DNA of 60,047 nucleotides from a virus. Its lineage: Duplodnaviria > Caudoviricetes. Position 1 is the first letter of the stretch; every line of letters begins with the position of its first letter. Positions 1 to 10,022 of the stretch are shown piece after piece. Location of the stretch: positions 1 through 60,047 of IMG/VR virus record IMGVR_UViG_3300044823_000503. One strand, given 5' to 3'. A model generated the notes under the pieces. The model made no database searches, was not told the origin of the DNA, and saw only the letters and a program-made list of their open reading frames with translations. A program made the position numbers and the translations under genes.

Positions 1-1
1 C

Positions 2-628
2 CGCCTGCTCGGCCTCTACACGCGGGTGGGGAGCCCCGATGACCCCGTCCACCACATCCAGGTGTACGGCGGCCCAGTCGGCGAGGTGGACGAGGACCCC
101 GTGATGGTGGCGTACCACGAGTACGGCCACCTCATCTACGACGACCCCGACCACCAGGGGGTGAGATTCGAGACCGCCTTCGGGGTGATCATCTCCGAGA
201 CCGAGATGGAGACCCGGCTGCGGGCCTCGGGGCAGCTCGGCGCGGAGCACGCCCCCGGGTGCGGCGGCCCGACCTGCCAGCTGGAGGGCGAGCTCGCCCG
301 TTCCATGGCGGCCCTGGACGGGCTCCGCCAGCGCGCCCACATGCAGCACAAGATCCCGCTTGGCCTGGGTGGGCGCATCCCCGAGACCCGGGATCGCCTC
401 GAGGTGGCCCGGAGCTGGTTGTCGCAGGCGGGGGCGCTGATGCCCGACCGCCAGGGCCAGGTGCGGAGCATCGAGCGCCTGATCTCCGCCTCCCAGGAGG
501 CGCTCACGGGCGAGGAGCTGGGTCCTGACGATGTCGGCCGGGCGTATGCGGCCGTGTACCGGGCCTGGGACGCCTCCTATGACTTCGCCCATGCGTACCA
601 GCTCCGCACCAGGTACGGGATCGGCTGA
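2..628 (+). CDS. Zincin-like metallopeptidase with helical C-terminal domain (5' partial)
   Basis: Frame is open from the window start: RLLGLY...HIQVY...VAYHEYGH (HExxH, minimal-zincin layout). C-terminal half is paralogous to 26120-26637. Confidence 0.7.
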   Translation, partial: RLLGLYTRVGSPDDPVHHIQVYGGPVGEVDEDPVMVAYHEYGHLIYDDPDHQGVRFETAFGVIISETEMETRLRASGQLGAEHAPGCGGPTCQLEGELARSMAALDGLRQRAHMQHKIPLGLGGRIPETRDRLEVARSWLSQAGALMPDRQGQVRSIERLISASQEALTGEELGPDDVGRAYAAVYRAWDASYDFAHAYQLRTRYGIG

Positions 629-667
629 GCCTATTCCCGTGGAGCGGGGTGGCGCATAATCGGCGCC

Positions 668-1624
668 GTGACCTCCGGTTTGATGCTGGACACTGCGGGT
701 CCGCCGTCGCCCGCGCAGTGGGTGGCGGATCTGAACGCGGCCAACGCCCAGGTCGGTGCGGTGTATCCGTGGGGCGGCGGAGGAGTGCACTACAGCGACC
801 AGCATGTGGCGTTCGCCCGGGCCGCCGGCAAGTTGATCCTCCCGATCCCAGTGCCGGGCTCCTCGCCGCCCGCGCTCGCCACCATCCTCGCCGCCTGCGC
901 GGCGCTCGGGATCGTGGGCGGGCCGATCTCCTTCGATGTGGCGATCGGCGACAACGCCTTCAGCGACTGGCCGCTGCTCGCCGCCTGGATCACCCAGGAG
1001 CTGGGACCGGGCTGGCGGGGCGGCCCGTACTGCCAGCAGTCGGTGCGGCCCAGCTGCCCCGAGGGGTGGTGGTTCGTCGCGGGCGGGACCAAGGCGCTGC
1101 CGGCGGGGGCATCCGCCTCGCAGTACGGGAAGTTCACCGGCCCGTCAGGCGTCGTGTATGACATCAGCACCATCGACCTCAGTCTCTGGTCGACCTCCGC
1201 AGGAGATGAAGCCATGTTCTATGACAGCGTCCACGGCCTCTGGTGGAGTGCCTGGGTGGGAGCCGACTCGCAGGTCTACTACCGCAAGGCCGCCACCGTG
1301 GCAGGCCTCTATACCGCCCCGCTGGCGCAGCCCACGGGCGGCGCGCCGGGGACCAAGAAGGTCCTGGGCGGCGGCGTCGACGCCTCCGGCAATGTGGCCT
1401 TCGCGTTGCACGGCGGCAATGACACGGTCTGGTACATCTCGACCCCCGACGACGGCGTGACCTGGGTGGTGGGCAATGACGCCCAGGCGACCCTGGTGCC
1501 GCCGGCGGACATGGCCCAGGTGCAGGCGGCCATCGCCCAGATCCCGGCGTCCGGCACCCCGGCGGGGCACACCCACGATCTGACCATCGACGGCGTGGTG
1601 GTCCCGACCGGCCCGGCGCAGTAG
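668..1624 (+). CDS. GH25/DUF1906-like glycoside hydrolase (putative lysin)
   Basis: GLMLDT...GAVY...LILPI...ISFDV...GPYC...SQY...YDIS pattern of GH25-like barrels. Leaderless start (CATAAT-N7-GTG). Confidence 0.5.
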   Translation: MTSGLMLDTAGPPSPAQWVADLNAANAQVGAVYPWGGGGVHYSDQHVAFARAAGKLILPIPVPGSSPPALATILAACAALGIVGGPISFDVAIGDNAFSDWPLLAAWITQELGPGWRGGPYCQQSVRPSCPEGWWFVAGGTKALPAGASASQYGKFTGPSGVVYDISTIDLSLWSTSAGDEAMFYDSVHGLWWSAWVGADSQVYYRKAATVAGLYTAPLAQPTGGAPGTKKVLGGGVDASGNVAFALHGGNDTVWYISTPDDGVTWVVGNDAQATLVPPADMAQVQAAIAQIPASGTPAGHTHDLTIDGVVVPTGPAQ

Positions 1625-1633
1625 CGGGCGAGA

Positions 1634-1810
1634 ATGGACCCGGTGATAGCGGAGGTGGGGACGTTTGTGCCCCCGCCCGCCTATCACAGCAATCGAGAGA
1701 TACGCGAGCGCGACCGTGGGCGGCGGCGCCTGGACGGTCACCAGAAGCAGCGGGCCGAGACCGCCCGGCAGAGAGCGGAGGCGCAAGAACGCAAGGGAGG
1801 ACACCGATGA
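1634..1810 (+). CDS. Small charged hypothetical protein (58 aa, not in ORF track)
   Basis: MDPVIAEVG...KGGHR; ATGA overlap with the next gene. Confidence 0.5.
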   Translation: MDPVIAEVGTFVPPPAYHSNREIRERDRGRRRLDGHQKQRAETARQRAEAQERKGGHR

Positions 1811-2103
1811 GTTTCGCGATCAGGGTCAAGGCGGGCGCCGATGACGTCGTGAAAGCACTCCAGGGGGAGTGGAACCGGCTGGAGGGAGTGGCCCCCGCCA
1901 CCCTCCAGCACGCCCAGGACGGCATTGACGCGGTGGAGAAGCTGATCTCCCTGGGCCACCTGGGGAGCCGGTCGGGGGAGCACCTCGAGGTGTCGGTCGC
2001 CGGTCACGCGGGCACGGGCCCGGCGGCGGGCGACCCGTCGTCGCTCACTGTGACCGTGCATGAGGTGCCCGCTCCGGCGCCTACCACGGAAGTGCCGGCA
2101 TGA
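1807..2103 (+). CDS. Hypothetical protein
   Basis: GGAGG RBS, coupled at both ends. Confidence 0.65.
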   Translation: MSFAIRVKAGADDVVKALQGEWNRLEGVAPATLQHAQDGIDAVEKLISLGHLGSRSGEHLEVSVAGHAGTGPAAGDPSSLTVTVHEVPAPAPTTEVPA

Positions 2104-2582
2104 TCGGCCCCGAAGACGAGATCACGGTCGGGGCGCGAGAGCCCGTCTCGCCGCCGCCGGAGGCCGCCAGCGCACCGCCGGAGGAGGCGCCGGAGCGCCT
2201 GCATCCCACCCGTGCCGAGGCGCTGGGAGTCCTGTCCGGGGCGGTGGCGGCGGTCAGCGTGGGGGTAGGGCAGGCCATCGCCGACCGCATCCGTGGCCCT
2301 GTGCCCCCCGACCGCAGCGTCCCGGTGCCCGGGAGCATCCTCTGTCGTGGCTGCGCGGAGGATCTCCGCAGTCTGCGGATGGTCTCCGTCCGGTTGCGCG
2401 AGCACCTCGAGGTGACGGCAGAGCACGACCCCTGGCCGCTCGGTCTGCAGATGGCCCTGGATGATGTGGACCGGAGTCTCAGCAACGTGGCGGCGGGCCT
2501 GCGCCATCTCCACGCCATCCAGGGGCTGACCGCCCCGGCGGAGCCAACATCCCCAGCCGCCGCGTCAGAGGTCTCCGCATGA
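2100..2582 (+). CDS. Hypothetical protein
   Basis: ATGA-coupled at both ends, CxxC. Confidence 0.6.
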   Translation: MIGPEDEITVGAREPVSPPPEAASAPPEEAPERLHPTRAEALGVLSGAVAAVSVGVGQAIADRIRGPVPPDRSVPVPGSILCRGCAEDLRSLRMVSVRLREHLEVTAEHDPWPLGLQMALDDVDRSLSNVAAGLRHLHAIQGLTAPAEPTSPAAASEVSA

Positions 2583-2788
2583 TGCTGATCCGCCTGACCG
2601 ACAAGGAGGACGGGACCCCGATCCTGCTCAACCGGGACCTGATCCTGGCCGTCGACCCGGGTGAGGATGTCCCTGGGCTTGAGGGGACCATGGGCAGTTC
2701 GGGGGTGGTGGTCGAGATGGTGAACGGCACCCAGATCACCGTCAGCGAGGAGTTCGAGACGGTCGCCGAGATCGTACGGGGCGACTGA
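2579..2788 (+). CDS. Small FlbD-like protein
   Basis: MLIRLT...PILLNRDLILAV...NGTQITVSEEFETV resembles the FlbD-like fold. Confidence 0.5.
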   Translation: MMLIRLTDKEDGTPILLNRDLILAVDPGEDVPGLEGTMGSSGVVVEMVNGTQITVSEEFETVAEIVRGD

Positions 2789-2829
2789 GTGGTGAAGGGC
2801 GGCCCGTCGGGGCCGCCCTCCCAATTAGA

Positions 2830-3240
2830 TCAGGCGGGCTCAGCCTCGGGAGCGGCCTCGGGGGCTGCCTCAGCGGGGACCACGACCGGAGCCGGGGCGT
2901 CCGCGAAGCTGGCAGTGACGGTGACGGTCGCCGCATCGCCGCCCGCGACGACCGCGACCGCGAAGGGGGGCGAGAGCTTGACGTTGCCGTCCGGGTCGGT
3001 GGCGATGGCGGCCACAAAGGCGCTGCCCGCCGCCACGGCGGTGGCGGTGCACGAGGTGCCCGAGCCGGCCAGGGAGCTCAGCACACCGCTAGCCGCGGCG
3101 ATGCCGGTGCTGTTGCCGTCGGCGTCCACGGCGCCGTCGACCTCGGCCCAGGTGATGACGGCGAGCGCGTCGTCCTGCCCGGCCGCGTCATCGGCGACGG
3201 CCAGAAGGGTGAGTATCTGTCCAGTGCGTCCAGCGAGCAT
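2830..3240 (-). CDS. Ig-like beta-rich hypothetical protein (start uncertain)
   Basis: Ala/Val/Thr-rich beta pattern, acidic APEA tail, GC3-biased codons. Confidence 0.5.
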   Translation of the reverse strand: MLAGRTGQILTLLAVADDAAGQDDALAVITWAEVDGAVDADGNSTGIAAASGVLSSLAGSGTSCTATAVAAGSAFVAAIATDPDGNVKLSPPFAVAVVAGGDAATVTVTASFADAPAPVVVPAEAAPEAAPEAEPA

Positions 3241-3370
3241 GATGCGGAACCTCCAGCGGCGCCGATGCCAGGGGAGGTGGCGGGCGTGGCGGCGCAGCAC
3301 GGGGCGAACATAGCACGGCCCGCAGCCCCCCGATACGGATCGGTGCTGGGCGGCGTACCATCCCGGTTGC

Positions 3371-4054
3371 ATGGCTGGCTACCCGCCGGGGACGAAACTG
3401 CGTTGCACGGGCTGCGGTCGCGAGGACTATGCCGCCCGCATCCTCCGCCACCAGGGCAACACGAAGAACTGTGAGAACGCGGAGGTGGAGGTGGTGCGGG
3501 GACCGATGCAGCGGGGCCGGCCGCTGGGGGTGCCCAGCACCCTGCCGGAGCAGATCACTGGCGAGAGCTCGGGCGGCGCTGCACCTGATCCGCCGCCCGA
3601 GCCACCCGACGACCCGCCCGCGACAGCGCCGCCCCCCCGTCAGCAGGGGCCTCGGCCGGCCAGTGAGGCGCCGCCCCGGGTGCCGCTGAGCCGCTCCTCC
3701 GCGAAGGGCCGCGACGACGACGACGAGCCGAGTGGGGCGATGGGTGTGCAGGGCAAGCTCCACACCGAGTCCTGGCCGGTCGCCGAGGATGCCCGGGTGC
3801 GGATCACCTGCTATGTCCTCCCCGAGACATTTGCCCTGATAAACGCGATCATGAAGGCCGGTGAGGATCTGCCCATCCTGGACGAGGTCAGCTATGGCGG
3901 TGTGTTCGACGCCGTCATGGTCGGATTCATGGCCCAGGCGGGCGGCGTGGATGCGGAGGGCAATGTGTACGGGTATGAGGTGGGTCTGATCCGTCAGCTG
4001 ACGGCGCGGCGGCCGCTCGTGGTGGCGCCGGCGGGAGCGAGGTTGCCGATATGA
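3371..4054 (+). CDS. Hypothetical protein with N-terminal zinc finger
   Basis: CTGC...H...C motif, Pro-rich linker. Confidence 0.65.
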   Translation: MAGYPPGTKLRCTGCGREDYAARILRHQGNTKNCENAEVEVVRGPMQRGRPLGVPSTLPEQITGESSGGAAPDPPPEPPDDPPATAPPPRQQGPRPASEAPPRVPLSRSSAKGRDDDDEPSGAMGVQGKLHTESWPVAEDARVRITCYVLPETFALINAIMKAGEDLPILDEVSYGGVFDAVMVGFMAQAGGVDAEGNVYGYEVGLIRQLTARRPLVVAPAGARLPI

Positions 4055-5157
4055 GCGAGCCCAGGGTCAAGCGCTGGCTGCGCGACCGGCCTCTCTTCCC
4101 GATGGTGGATGCCACCCAGGCCGGGCCGGTGATCCCGGTGGCCGCGGGCCCCCCCCCGCAACTGTCGGCGCGGGAGTTCCGGGAGCAGCAGCGTGCTGAG
4201 GACGAGGCCGAGGAGGAGGCCGCTGAGCGCGCTGGCCGCCGCCGCCTTCGCCAGTTGGAGCAGCGGGTGGCCGAGGCCCGCGCCCTGAAAGCGCTGGAGC
4301 GCATGAATGGCGACGCCGATCCCCAGGGGGGCGCCATCGCCCAGATGCTGGGCCAGGTGCTGCAGGAGATCCGCTCGGACCGCCAGGCGCTGACGGAGAC
4401 GATCAAGGGCTTCACCACGGGCCAGCAGGACGCCCAGGTCCGGACCCTTCAGACGGGCATGGACAAGCTGGACGCTCGCTTGGCGGAGTTGCTCACCGGC
4501 CGCACCACGGCGGCGGCCCAGGTCTCGCCCATCCAGGCGCTGACGGCCAACGCCGCCGAGATGAAGCAGGCCAAGGACGCCCTCCTGGAGGTGTTCGGGC
4601 TGACCCCGGCGGTCGGTGAGGGTGCGCCGGGGGGGGCGAGCGGCGATGTCCGGACCATGAACCGCGAGGATGCGATGCGCTGGCTCTCCATCGAGGAGGA
4701 GGTCGCGGACAGGCGGGCGGAGCGGATTGAGCGACGGGAGCAGCGGGACTGGGAGAAGGAGCAGGTGCGCAAGGAGTTCGACCTCAAGCGCGATCGGCTC
4801 GACCGCGCCTTTGGCAAGCTCGATCAGATCGCCGTGCCGGCGCTGGCGCTCCTCTTGGGCGACCGGGTCAAGGGACTGTTCGGTCCCAAAGGCGAGGCCG
4901 CCGCGGAGGCGGATGGCGAGGGTGGCGAGCCCATGGGCCGCTGGCAGTGCGACAACTGCGGGCTGATCCAGCCCCACCGCTTGAGCGACACCGAGGTCAG
5001 CTGCACCCAGTGCGGGCAGCCGTCCACGCTCCGTCCCCGGGACACCCCGCCGTCAGCTGCGCTCCAGGTGGTGGACGGGGGCCAGGCATCCCCGCCGCCG
5101 GCAGCGCCACCGCCACCCGAGGTCGATGACGGCGACGATGGCTGGACCGGCCAGTGA
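4051..5157 (+). CDS. Coiled-coil protein with C-terminal zinc ribbon
   Basis: E/R/Q-rich helices, CDNC...CTQC. Confidence 0.75.
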   Translation: MSEPRVKRWLRDRPLFPMVDATQAGPVIPVAAGPPPQLSAREFREQQRAEDEAEEEAAERAGRRRLRQLEQRVAEARALKALERMNGDADPQGGAIAQMLGQVLQEIRSDRQALTETIKGFTTGQQDAQVRTLQTGMDKLDARLAELLTGRTTAAAQVSPIQALTANAAEMKQAKDALLEVFGLTPAVGEGAPGGASGDVRTMNREDAMRWLSIEEEVADRRAERIERREQRDWEKEQVRKEFDLKRDRLDRAFGKLDQIAVPALALLLGDRVKGLFGPKGEAAAEADGEGGEPMGRWQCDNCGLIQPHRLSDTEVSCTQCGQPSTLRPRDTPPSAALQVVDGGQASPPPAAPPPPEVDDGDDGWTGQ

Positions 5158-5341
5158 TGGTGACCCTCATCCTGGTCGCGGCGGGCATGGGCGTGCTCAT
5201 CCTGGTGGGCCTGGACTGGAGCACGGAGGGTCACCCGCGGGCGGTGCGCTGTAACCGCTGCGGCTGTGTGCTCGAGGGCTGGCCGGAGCCACGACCGGGC
5301 GGGATCATCTGCGCGCGGTGCTCGGCGATGGATGGGCCAGG

Positions 5342-5845
5342 GTGAGGGCGGCCGTCCGCCTCAACCTCGGGTCAGGGGATCACCCGGCGCCTCCGCCCTG
5401 GATCAACATCGACATCAATGAGGAGTGCCATCCCGATCTGGTCGCCGACTGCCGTGCGCTGCCGTTTGCGACGGGGTGTGCGGAGCGGGTGTACTGCGGG
5501 CATTTCCTGGAGCATCTCCCGCTTGACGAGGTGGGGCCGACGCTGCGCGAGGTGGCGCGGGTGCTCGACCCGGTGGGCGGCCAGCTGTGCGTGGTAGGGC
5601 CCGACTGCGACCGGGCGCTCGCCTTCGATCCCGAGACCGCGCTGGGGGCGCTCTGGGGCGCCCACCGCTGGGCGGGTGACGAGCACCGCTGGGCCTGCAC
5701 CGAGGAGCGCCTCCTCCGCCTGGTCCTCGCGGCGGTGCCCTCGGCGGTGGCCGTGCCCATCGCGGAGGTACCCGACGGCTGGCCGGTGACCAGCCGGATC
5801 GGCTGGCAGTGCGCGGTGCTGGCTCCGGTCAGGCTGCGCACATGA
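5342..5845 (+). CDS. Class I SAM-dependent methyltransferase
   Basis: RLNLGSG...WINID...ADCRALPF...GHFLEHL...RVL. Confidence 0.85.
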   Translation: MRAAVRLNLGSGDHPAPPPWINIDINEECHPDLVADCRALPFATGCAERVYCGHFLEHLPLDEVGPTLREVARVLDPVGGQLCVVGPDCDRALAFDPETALGALWGAHRWAGDEHRWACTEERLLRLVLAAVPSAVAVPIAEVPDGWPVTSRIGWQCAVLAPVRLRT

Positions 5846-6432
5846 TCCCGAAGATCCTCCACCGCGTGGTTCCCGCCCAGACGAGCGACGAGATCGAGGG
5901 ATGGTGGCGGGGCTGGCAGGAGCTCCACCCGGGCTGGGAGTTCCGCACCTGGCGGGATCTGCCCAACGCGGAGGAGTTCCCGCTCACCACGCCGTACATG
6001 GACGAGCGCTGCCTCGGCATCCAGCGGACCGACCTCATCCGCCTCGAGGCGCTCCTCATCCACGGTGGCATCTACCTGGACGACGACGTGGCCCCGGTGC
6101 GCCCGCTCGATCCCCTGCTCAGCCTGCAGGGCTTCAGCGCCTGGGAGAGTTCAAGCATCGTCTGCACTGCGGTGCTGGGGGCTGAGCCTGGCCATCCGGC
6201 CATCGCCGAGGCGATGCGCCGTGCCATCCAATGTGTGGAAGACGGTCGGGGGGCGTGGCAGACGGGCCCGGGCACGGCCACCGAGGTGTACCCGAACCGC
6301 ACCGACTGGCTGGTCCTGCCCCCCGCCACCTTCTACCCGTACTACATCGATGAGAGGTGGCGGCGGGGCGAGGACTTCTCGAAGCTCCCCTGGTGCTTTG
6401 GCGTTCACCACTGGTTTGGGTCATGGCTGTGA
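5842..6432 (+). CDS. GT32-like (DXD) glycosyltransferase
   Basis: MIPKILHRV...TDLIRLEAL..HGGIYLDDD...TGP...HHWFGSW. Confidence 0.9.
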   Translation: MIPKILHRVVPAQTSDEIEGWWRGWQELHPGWEFRTWRDLPNAEEFPLTTPYMDERCLGIQRTDLIRLEALLIHGGIYLDDDVAPVRPLDPLLSLQGFSAWESSSIVCTAVLGAEPGHPAIAEAMRRAIQCVEDGRGAWQTGPGTATEVYPNRTDWLVLPPATFYPYYIDERWRRGEDFSKLPWCFGVHHWFGSWL

Positions 6433-6472
6433 AGTTGAACCTTCAGATGCTTTTCCAGGTGCGACCTATACC

Positions 6473-6961
6473 ATGAGATTGAATATTGGAAGCGGCACGC
6501 ACCCGACGCCGGAGGGCTGGATCGCCATTGACAGCCTGCCCCAGCCAGAGCGCGTGGACGTCATCGCCGACGCTGGCGATCTACCCTTCCCGGACGGCTG
6601 CGCGGAGCGCCTGTACGCCGGCCATCTCCTGGAGCACATCCCGCTCGATCACCTGGGCGCGGTGCTCGGCGAGTGGCGGCGCGTGCTGGCACCCGGCGGC
6701 ATCCTGGGGGTGGTTGGGCCCGACATCGACCGCGCCGTCAGCCAGGGCGAGTCGCAGGGCCTGCTGGAGGCGATCATCGCCCATGGCGAGGGGCCGGGGG
6801 GCCACGCCTGGACCTGCAGCGCCCGTCTTGTCGACTACCTCCTCCGCCTCCACGGCTGGACGCCCGAGGAGGTCCCGGTGGCGACCCTCTACCCGCCGGA
6901 GTGGCCCAACCCCGTGCCCGGCGCGGGCTGGCAGCTCGCCTTCCTGGTCCGGCCCGCATGA
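6473..6961 (+). CDS. Class I SAM-dependent methyltransferase, paralogue of 5342-5845
   Basis: MRLNIGSG...ADAGDLPFPDG...GHLLEHI...RVLAPGG. Confidence 0.85.
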   Translation: MRLNIGSGTHPTPEGWIAIDSLPQPERVDVIADAGDLPFPDGCAERLYAGHLLEHIPLDHLGAVLGEWRRVLAPGGILGVVGPDIDRAVSQGESQGLLEAIIAHGEGPGGHAWTCSARLVDYLLRLHGWTPEEVPVATLYPPEWPNPVPGAGWQLAFLVRPA

Positions 6962-7740
6962 GCGTCGTCGCCGTGGGGACCGTCCGCGACGAGGCCGACA
7001 TCATCGGCACCACCGTGGTGCACATGCTGGCCGAGGTGGACCTGGTCATCCTCGAGGATCACCTGAGCGTGGATGCGACGCCGCACATCCTGGCGGCACT
7101 CGATCAGATCTACCCGGGCCGTCTCCTGCTCCAGCGCGACCCCTCACCGCTCTTCGACCAGGCGGGCCGCATGAACGCCCTGGCACGGCTCGCCCGCGAT
7201 CGCGGCGCCGACTGGATCGTGCCCTTCGACGCCGATGAGATCTGGTACTCGCCCACCGGCCGGCCGCTCCGCGAGCTGCTGCCGGAGTTGCCAGCGGATG
7301 TGTGTGCGGCGACGGTCTGGGAGCACACCCCCGACGCTGCCGACCCGACCGCCATCTTCCGGCGCCGCCATGTGCTGCCCTGGCCGTGGGTGAAGGTCTG
7401 CTACCGCCCCACCTACGACACCCGGCTCTGGATCGGCCAGCACGGCGTGGACGGCGCGGGCGAGCGGGTCGATCACGATGCCGTGGCGATGCGCCACCTC
7501 CCCTGGCGCAGCGAGGCCCAGGCGCGCCGGCGCGTCCACCGCGACGCCACCGACGAGCTGGGCGGTGCGGCCGGCCTGCACACCCTGAACACCTCGCTGT
7601 ATCGCGGATATGTCGAGGACGAGGCGCAGTTCCTGGGACTCTGGGCCACCGTCACGACGGCGCCCTGGACCGACGATCCCGTACCCGTGCGCCTCCCCGC
7701 CCTCGGCACCAGCTACGGCGCTGGCGACGACCTGGCGTGA
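6958..7740 (+). CDS. GT2-like glycosyltransferase
   Basis: VRDEADII...DHLSVDAT...DWIVPFDADE. Confidence 0.85.
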   Translation: MSVVAVGTVRDEADIIGTTVVHMLAEVDLVILEDHLSVDATPHILAALDQIYPGRLLLQRDPSPLFDQAGRMNALARLARDRGADWIVPFDADEIWYSPTGRPLRELLPELPADVCAATVWEHTPDAADPTAIFRRRHVLPWPWVKVCYRPTYDTRLWIGQHGVDGAGERVDHDAVAMRHLPWRSEAQARRRVHRDATDELGGAAGLHTLNTSLYRGYVEDEAQFLGLWATVTTAPWTDDPVPVRLPALGTSYGAGDDLA

Positions 7741-9593
7741 TGCGTTTCATCCATCCCTACACCCGTCTCCGCGAGGAGGTGACGGCACGCCTGGAGGCGA
7801 GCGGCCACCCCTTCGAGCGCTGCGACCTCTCGGGATCGATCTTCGACTACTCGGCGCTCATGGAGGGCCTCTGGCAGCCGTCCACCCCGGGCGTCGTCCT
7901 CGTGGAGCACGACGTGGTGATCGAGCCCGGCGCCATTGACGAGTTGCTCGCCTGCCCAGAGGACTGGTGCGCCTTCCAGGTCACCTACCTGGGCCAGGAG
8001 GGAGGGCACCCCGGTCTCGGCTGCGTGAAATTCTCCCAGGCTCTCATCGCCCGCCACCCCGACGCCATGGAGCTGGCGGGGCAGATCTGGGATCAAGAGC
8101 ATCAGCCCCGGCATTGGTGCCTGACGCCCGATGCACGCGTATTGACAGCGGATCTGCGCTGGCTTCCCCTTGGCGAGGTGAAGGTGGGCGATCATCTCAT
8201 CGGAGCCGATGAGGAACGCAGCCACGCCCCGATCCGCCCCTACCGCCGTTACCAACCCTCCACCGTGGAGGCCGTCGCCACCACGACGGCGAAGGTTCTG
8301 CGCATCATCCTAGACGACGGTACCGAACTCCGGGCAACGGCGGATCACCGCTTTCTCGGGAGCCGTACCCAGACGCGGGGGGAGATGCGTTGGCTTCGTG
8401 TGAAGTGGAAGGCGGCTCGCGACCTAGAGCCTGGACGCGATCTCCTCTATCGCTATCTGACGCCTGCGGCAGCTCTGGCGACGCGGGATGCGGGCTACCT
8501 GGCTGGCCTGTTCGATGGCGAGGGCACGATGAGTCGCTCCAGCAATGATCTTGGCTTCTCTCAACTCCCCGGGCCCACGCTGGATGCGGCGGTCGCGACC
8601 ATGTCCCGTCTCGGCTTCCGAGTGCATGTCGCTCCCAACGGGGTGGGCCCAAGGTTCGGGCGGCGAGTGCAGGTGGCCAAGATCAACGGGGGCATGGCCG
8701 AGCGTTTGCGTTTCCTCGCGGCGGTAAGGCCAGAGCGGCTCATCGCGAGGTTGGACATCCAAAGGCTCGGGTGGCTGGAGGCGCATGAGCGTCTCCGCGT
8801 GGTGTCGGTGGAGCCCGCTGGGGAGCAGGACGTGGTCCAGATGCAGACCAGTTCGGGGACCTATCTCGCAGAGGGCTTTCTTTCCCACAACTGCCGGATC
8901 GACGCCTGGCTGCAGCAGCTCGTGCTCCCCGGCGTGCCCGCGTCGGCGCTGGGGGCCAACGGCTTCATCCCCGACCCTGCCGCCCCAAGGGAGACCCAGC
9001 ACATCCACGGCCCGCCACTCCTTCACCTCCGGGACGGCACCGGGCCGCCCATGCCGGCGCACGGCTGCGGGCCCAAGGTGGGGGCCATCTTCGCCACTGA
9101 CGGCGAGCTGATGCCGAGCCGGTTTGTGGGGTCGCTGGTCAATGTCCAGCTGCCGCTCGGTGGCTGGCACAAGGCGGTCGCCATGGATCCGTCGGGCACG
9201 GGTGTCGGCATGGCCACCGCCGTCCACGGCTTCCTCAACATGCCCGGCTGGACGCGGCTCATCCTCTGGCATCCCTCCGTGATCGGCCAGCCCGACTGTA
9301 TCATCCGCCACGCCGCCCACACCGTTGCCGTGGTCACCGGCATGGAGAGAGAGACCGAGCGTGCCGACTTCGGCATGGTCAGCTTCGAGCGCTCCATCCT
9401 GGAGCGCTGGCCGACCGATGCGCTGCGCCTGCTGGGCATCCACCGCGGCCACCCCGACCCCGAGGCGGTCATCACCACCACCCGTCTGCTGGGCGGCGAT
9501 GTCCAGAAGGACACCGAGATCCCTCTGGTGCACGTCGCCCCCGAGGCCCGCAGCAACATGCTCCTCCTGCCCGGCCGGGACTTCCACCGATGA
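7740..9593 (+). CDS. GT-A-like glycosyltransferase interrupted by an intein
   Basis: Extein VVLVEHDVV...GLGCVKFS; second degenerate GT-A-like domain at the C-terminus; sits in the GT cluster. Confidence 0.6.
   Translation: MRFIHPYTRLREEVTARLEASGHPFERCDLSGSIFDYSALMEGLWQPSTPGVVLVEHDVVIEPGAIDELLACPEDWCAFQVTYLGQEGGHPGLGCVKFSQALIARHPDAMELAGQIWDQEHQPRHWCLTPDARVLTADLRWLPLGEVKVGDHLIGADEERSHAPIRPYRRYQPSTVEAVATTTAKVLRIILDDGTELRATADHRFLGSRTQTRGEMRWLRVKWKAARDLEPGRDLLYRYLTPAAALATRDAGYLAGLFDGEGTMSRSSNDLGFSQLPGPTLDAAVATMSRLGFRVHVAPNGVGPRFGRRVQVAKINGGMAERLRFLAAVRPERLIARLDIQRLGWLEAHERLRVVSVEPAGEQDVVQMQTSSGTYLAEGFLSHNCRIDAWLQQLVLPGVPASALGANGFIPDPAAPRETQHIHGPPLLHLRDGTGPPMPAHGCGPKVGAIFATDGELMPSRFVGSLVNVQLPLGGWHKAVAMDPSGTGVGMATAVHGFLNMPGWTRLILWHPSVIGQPDCIIRHAAHTVAVVTGMERETERADFGMVSFERSILERWPTDALRLLGIHRGHPDPEAVITTTRLLGGDVQKDTEIPLVHVAPEARSNMLLLPGRDFHR
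8118..8891 (+). mobile_element. Intein (258 aa) with LAGLIDADG homing endonuclease
   Basis: Starts CLTPDARVLTADLRW; block B LRATADHRF; YLAGLFDGEG; ends YLAEGFLSHN followed by Cys+1. Confidence 0.92.
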
Positions 9594-9883
9594 CCCCGGG
9601 CGACGCCATCTGGATCGTGGCCGGCGTCCTGCTCGCCATCGTGGCCTGTGTGTGGGTCTCGCGGGGCAGGACCCACCGCAGCCCGATCAGCTTCGCCAAC
9701 CTCGAGCAGCGGCCCTGCGCCTTCTGCGGCGCGCCCATCCCCCCCGGGGTGCCGCCATCGGTCGCCACCTGCGAGGCCTGCGCGGTGGCGCTCTCGGAGC
9801 TCGTGTGCTGGTGGCGGGGGCAGTCCGAGGGCACCCGCCACTACCGCCTGGCCGCCTGGCGCAAGGGGGTCCGGGGGCGGTAA
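9590..9883 (+). CDS. Membrane-anchored zinc-finger protein
   Basis: N-terminal TM segment, CAFC/CEAC. Confidence 0.6.
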   Translation: MTPGDAIWIVAGVLLAIVACVWVSRGRTHRSPISFANLEQRPCAFCGAPIPPGVPPSVATCEACAVALSELVCWWRGQSEGTRHYRLAAWRKGVRGR

Positions 9884-9981
9884 CCGACGGACGGCCAGTG
9901 GTACCCTGGGGAGCACCTGGCCGGGCGGTGTATCGGCTGTCACGGCGGTACTCTGTCCCGCCCGGCCAGGCTCGCGGCTCC

Positions 9982-10016
9982 GATCTCCCAACGGCCCCAC
10001 CGCGACGGGGTACCCT
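9982..10016 (+). promoter_or_regulatory. Viral promoter GATCTCCC-N21-TACCCT
   Basis: One of 8 spaced copies; GTG follows 6 nt after the -10. Confidence 0.7.
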
Positions 10017-10022
10017 GCCCAC

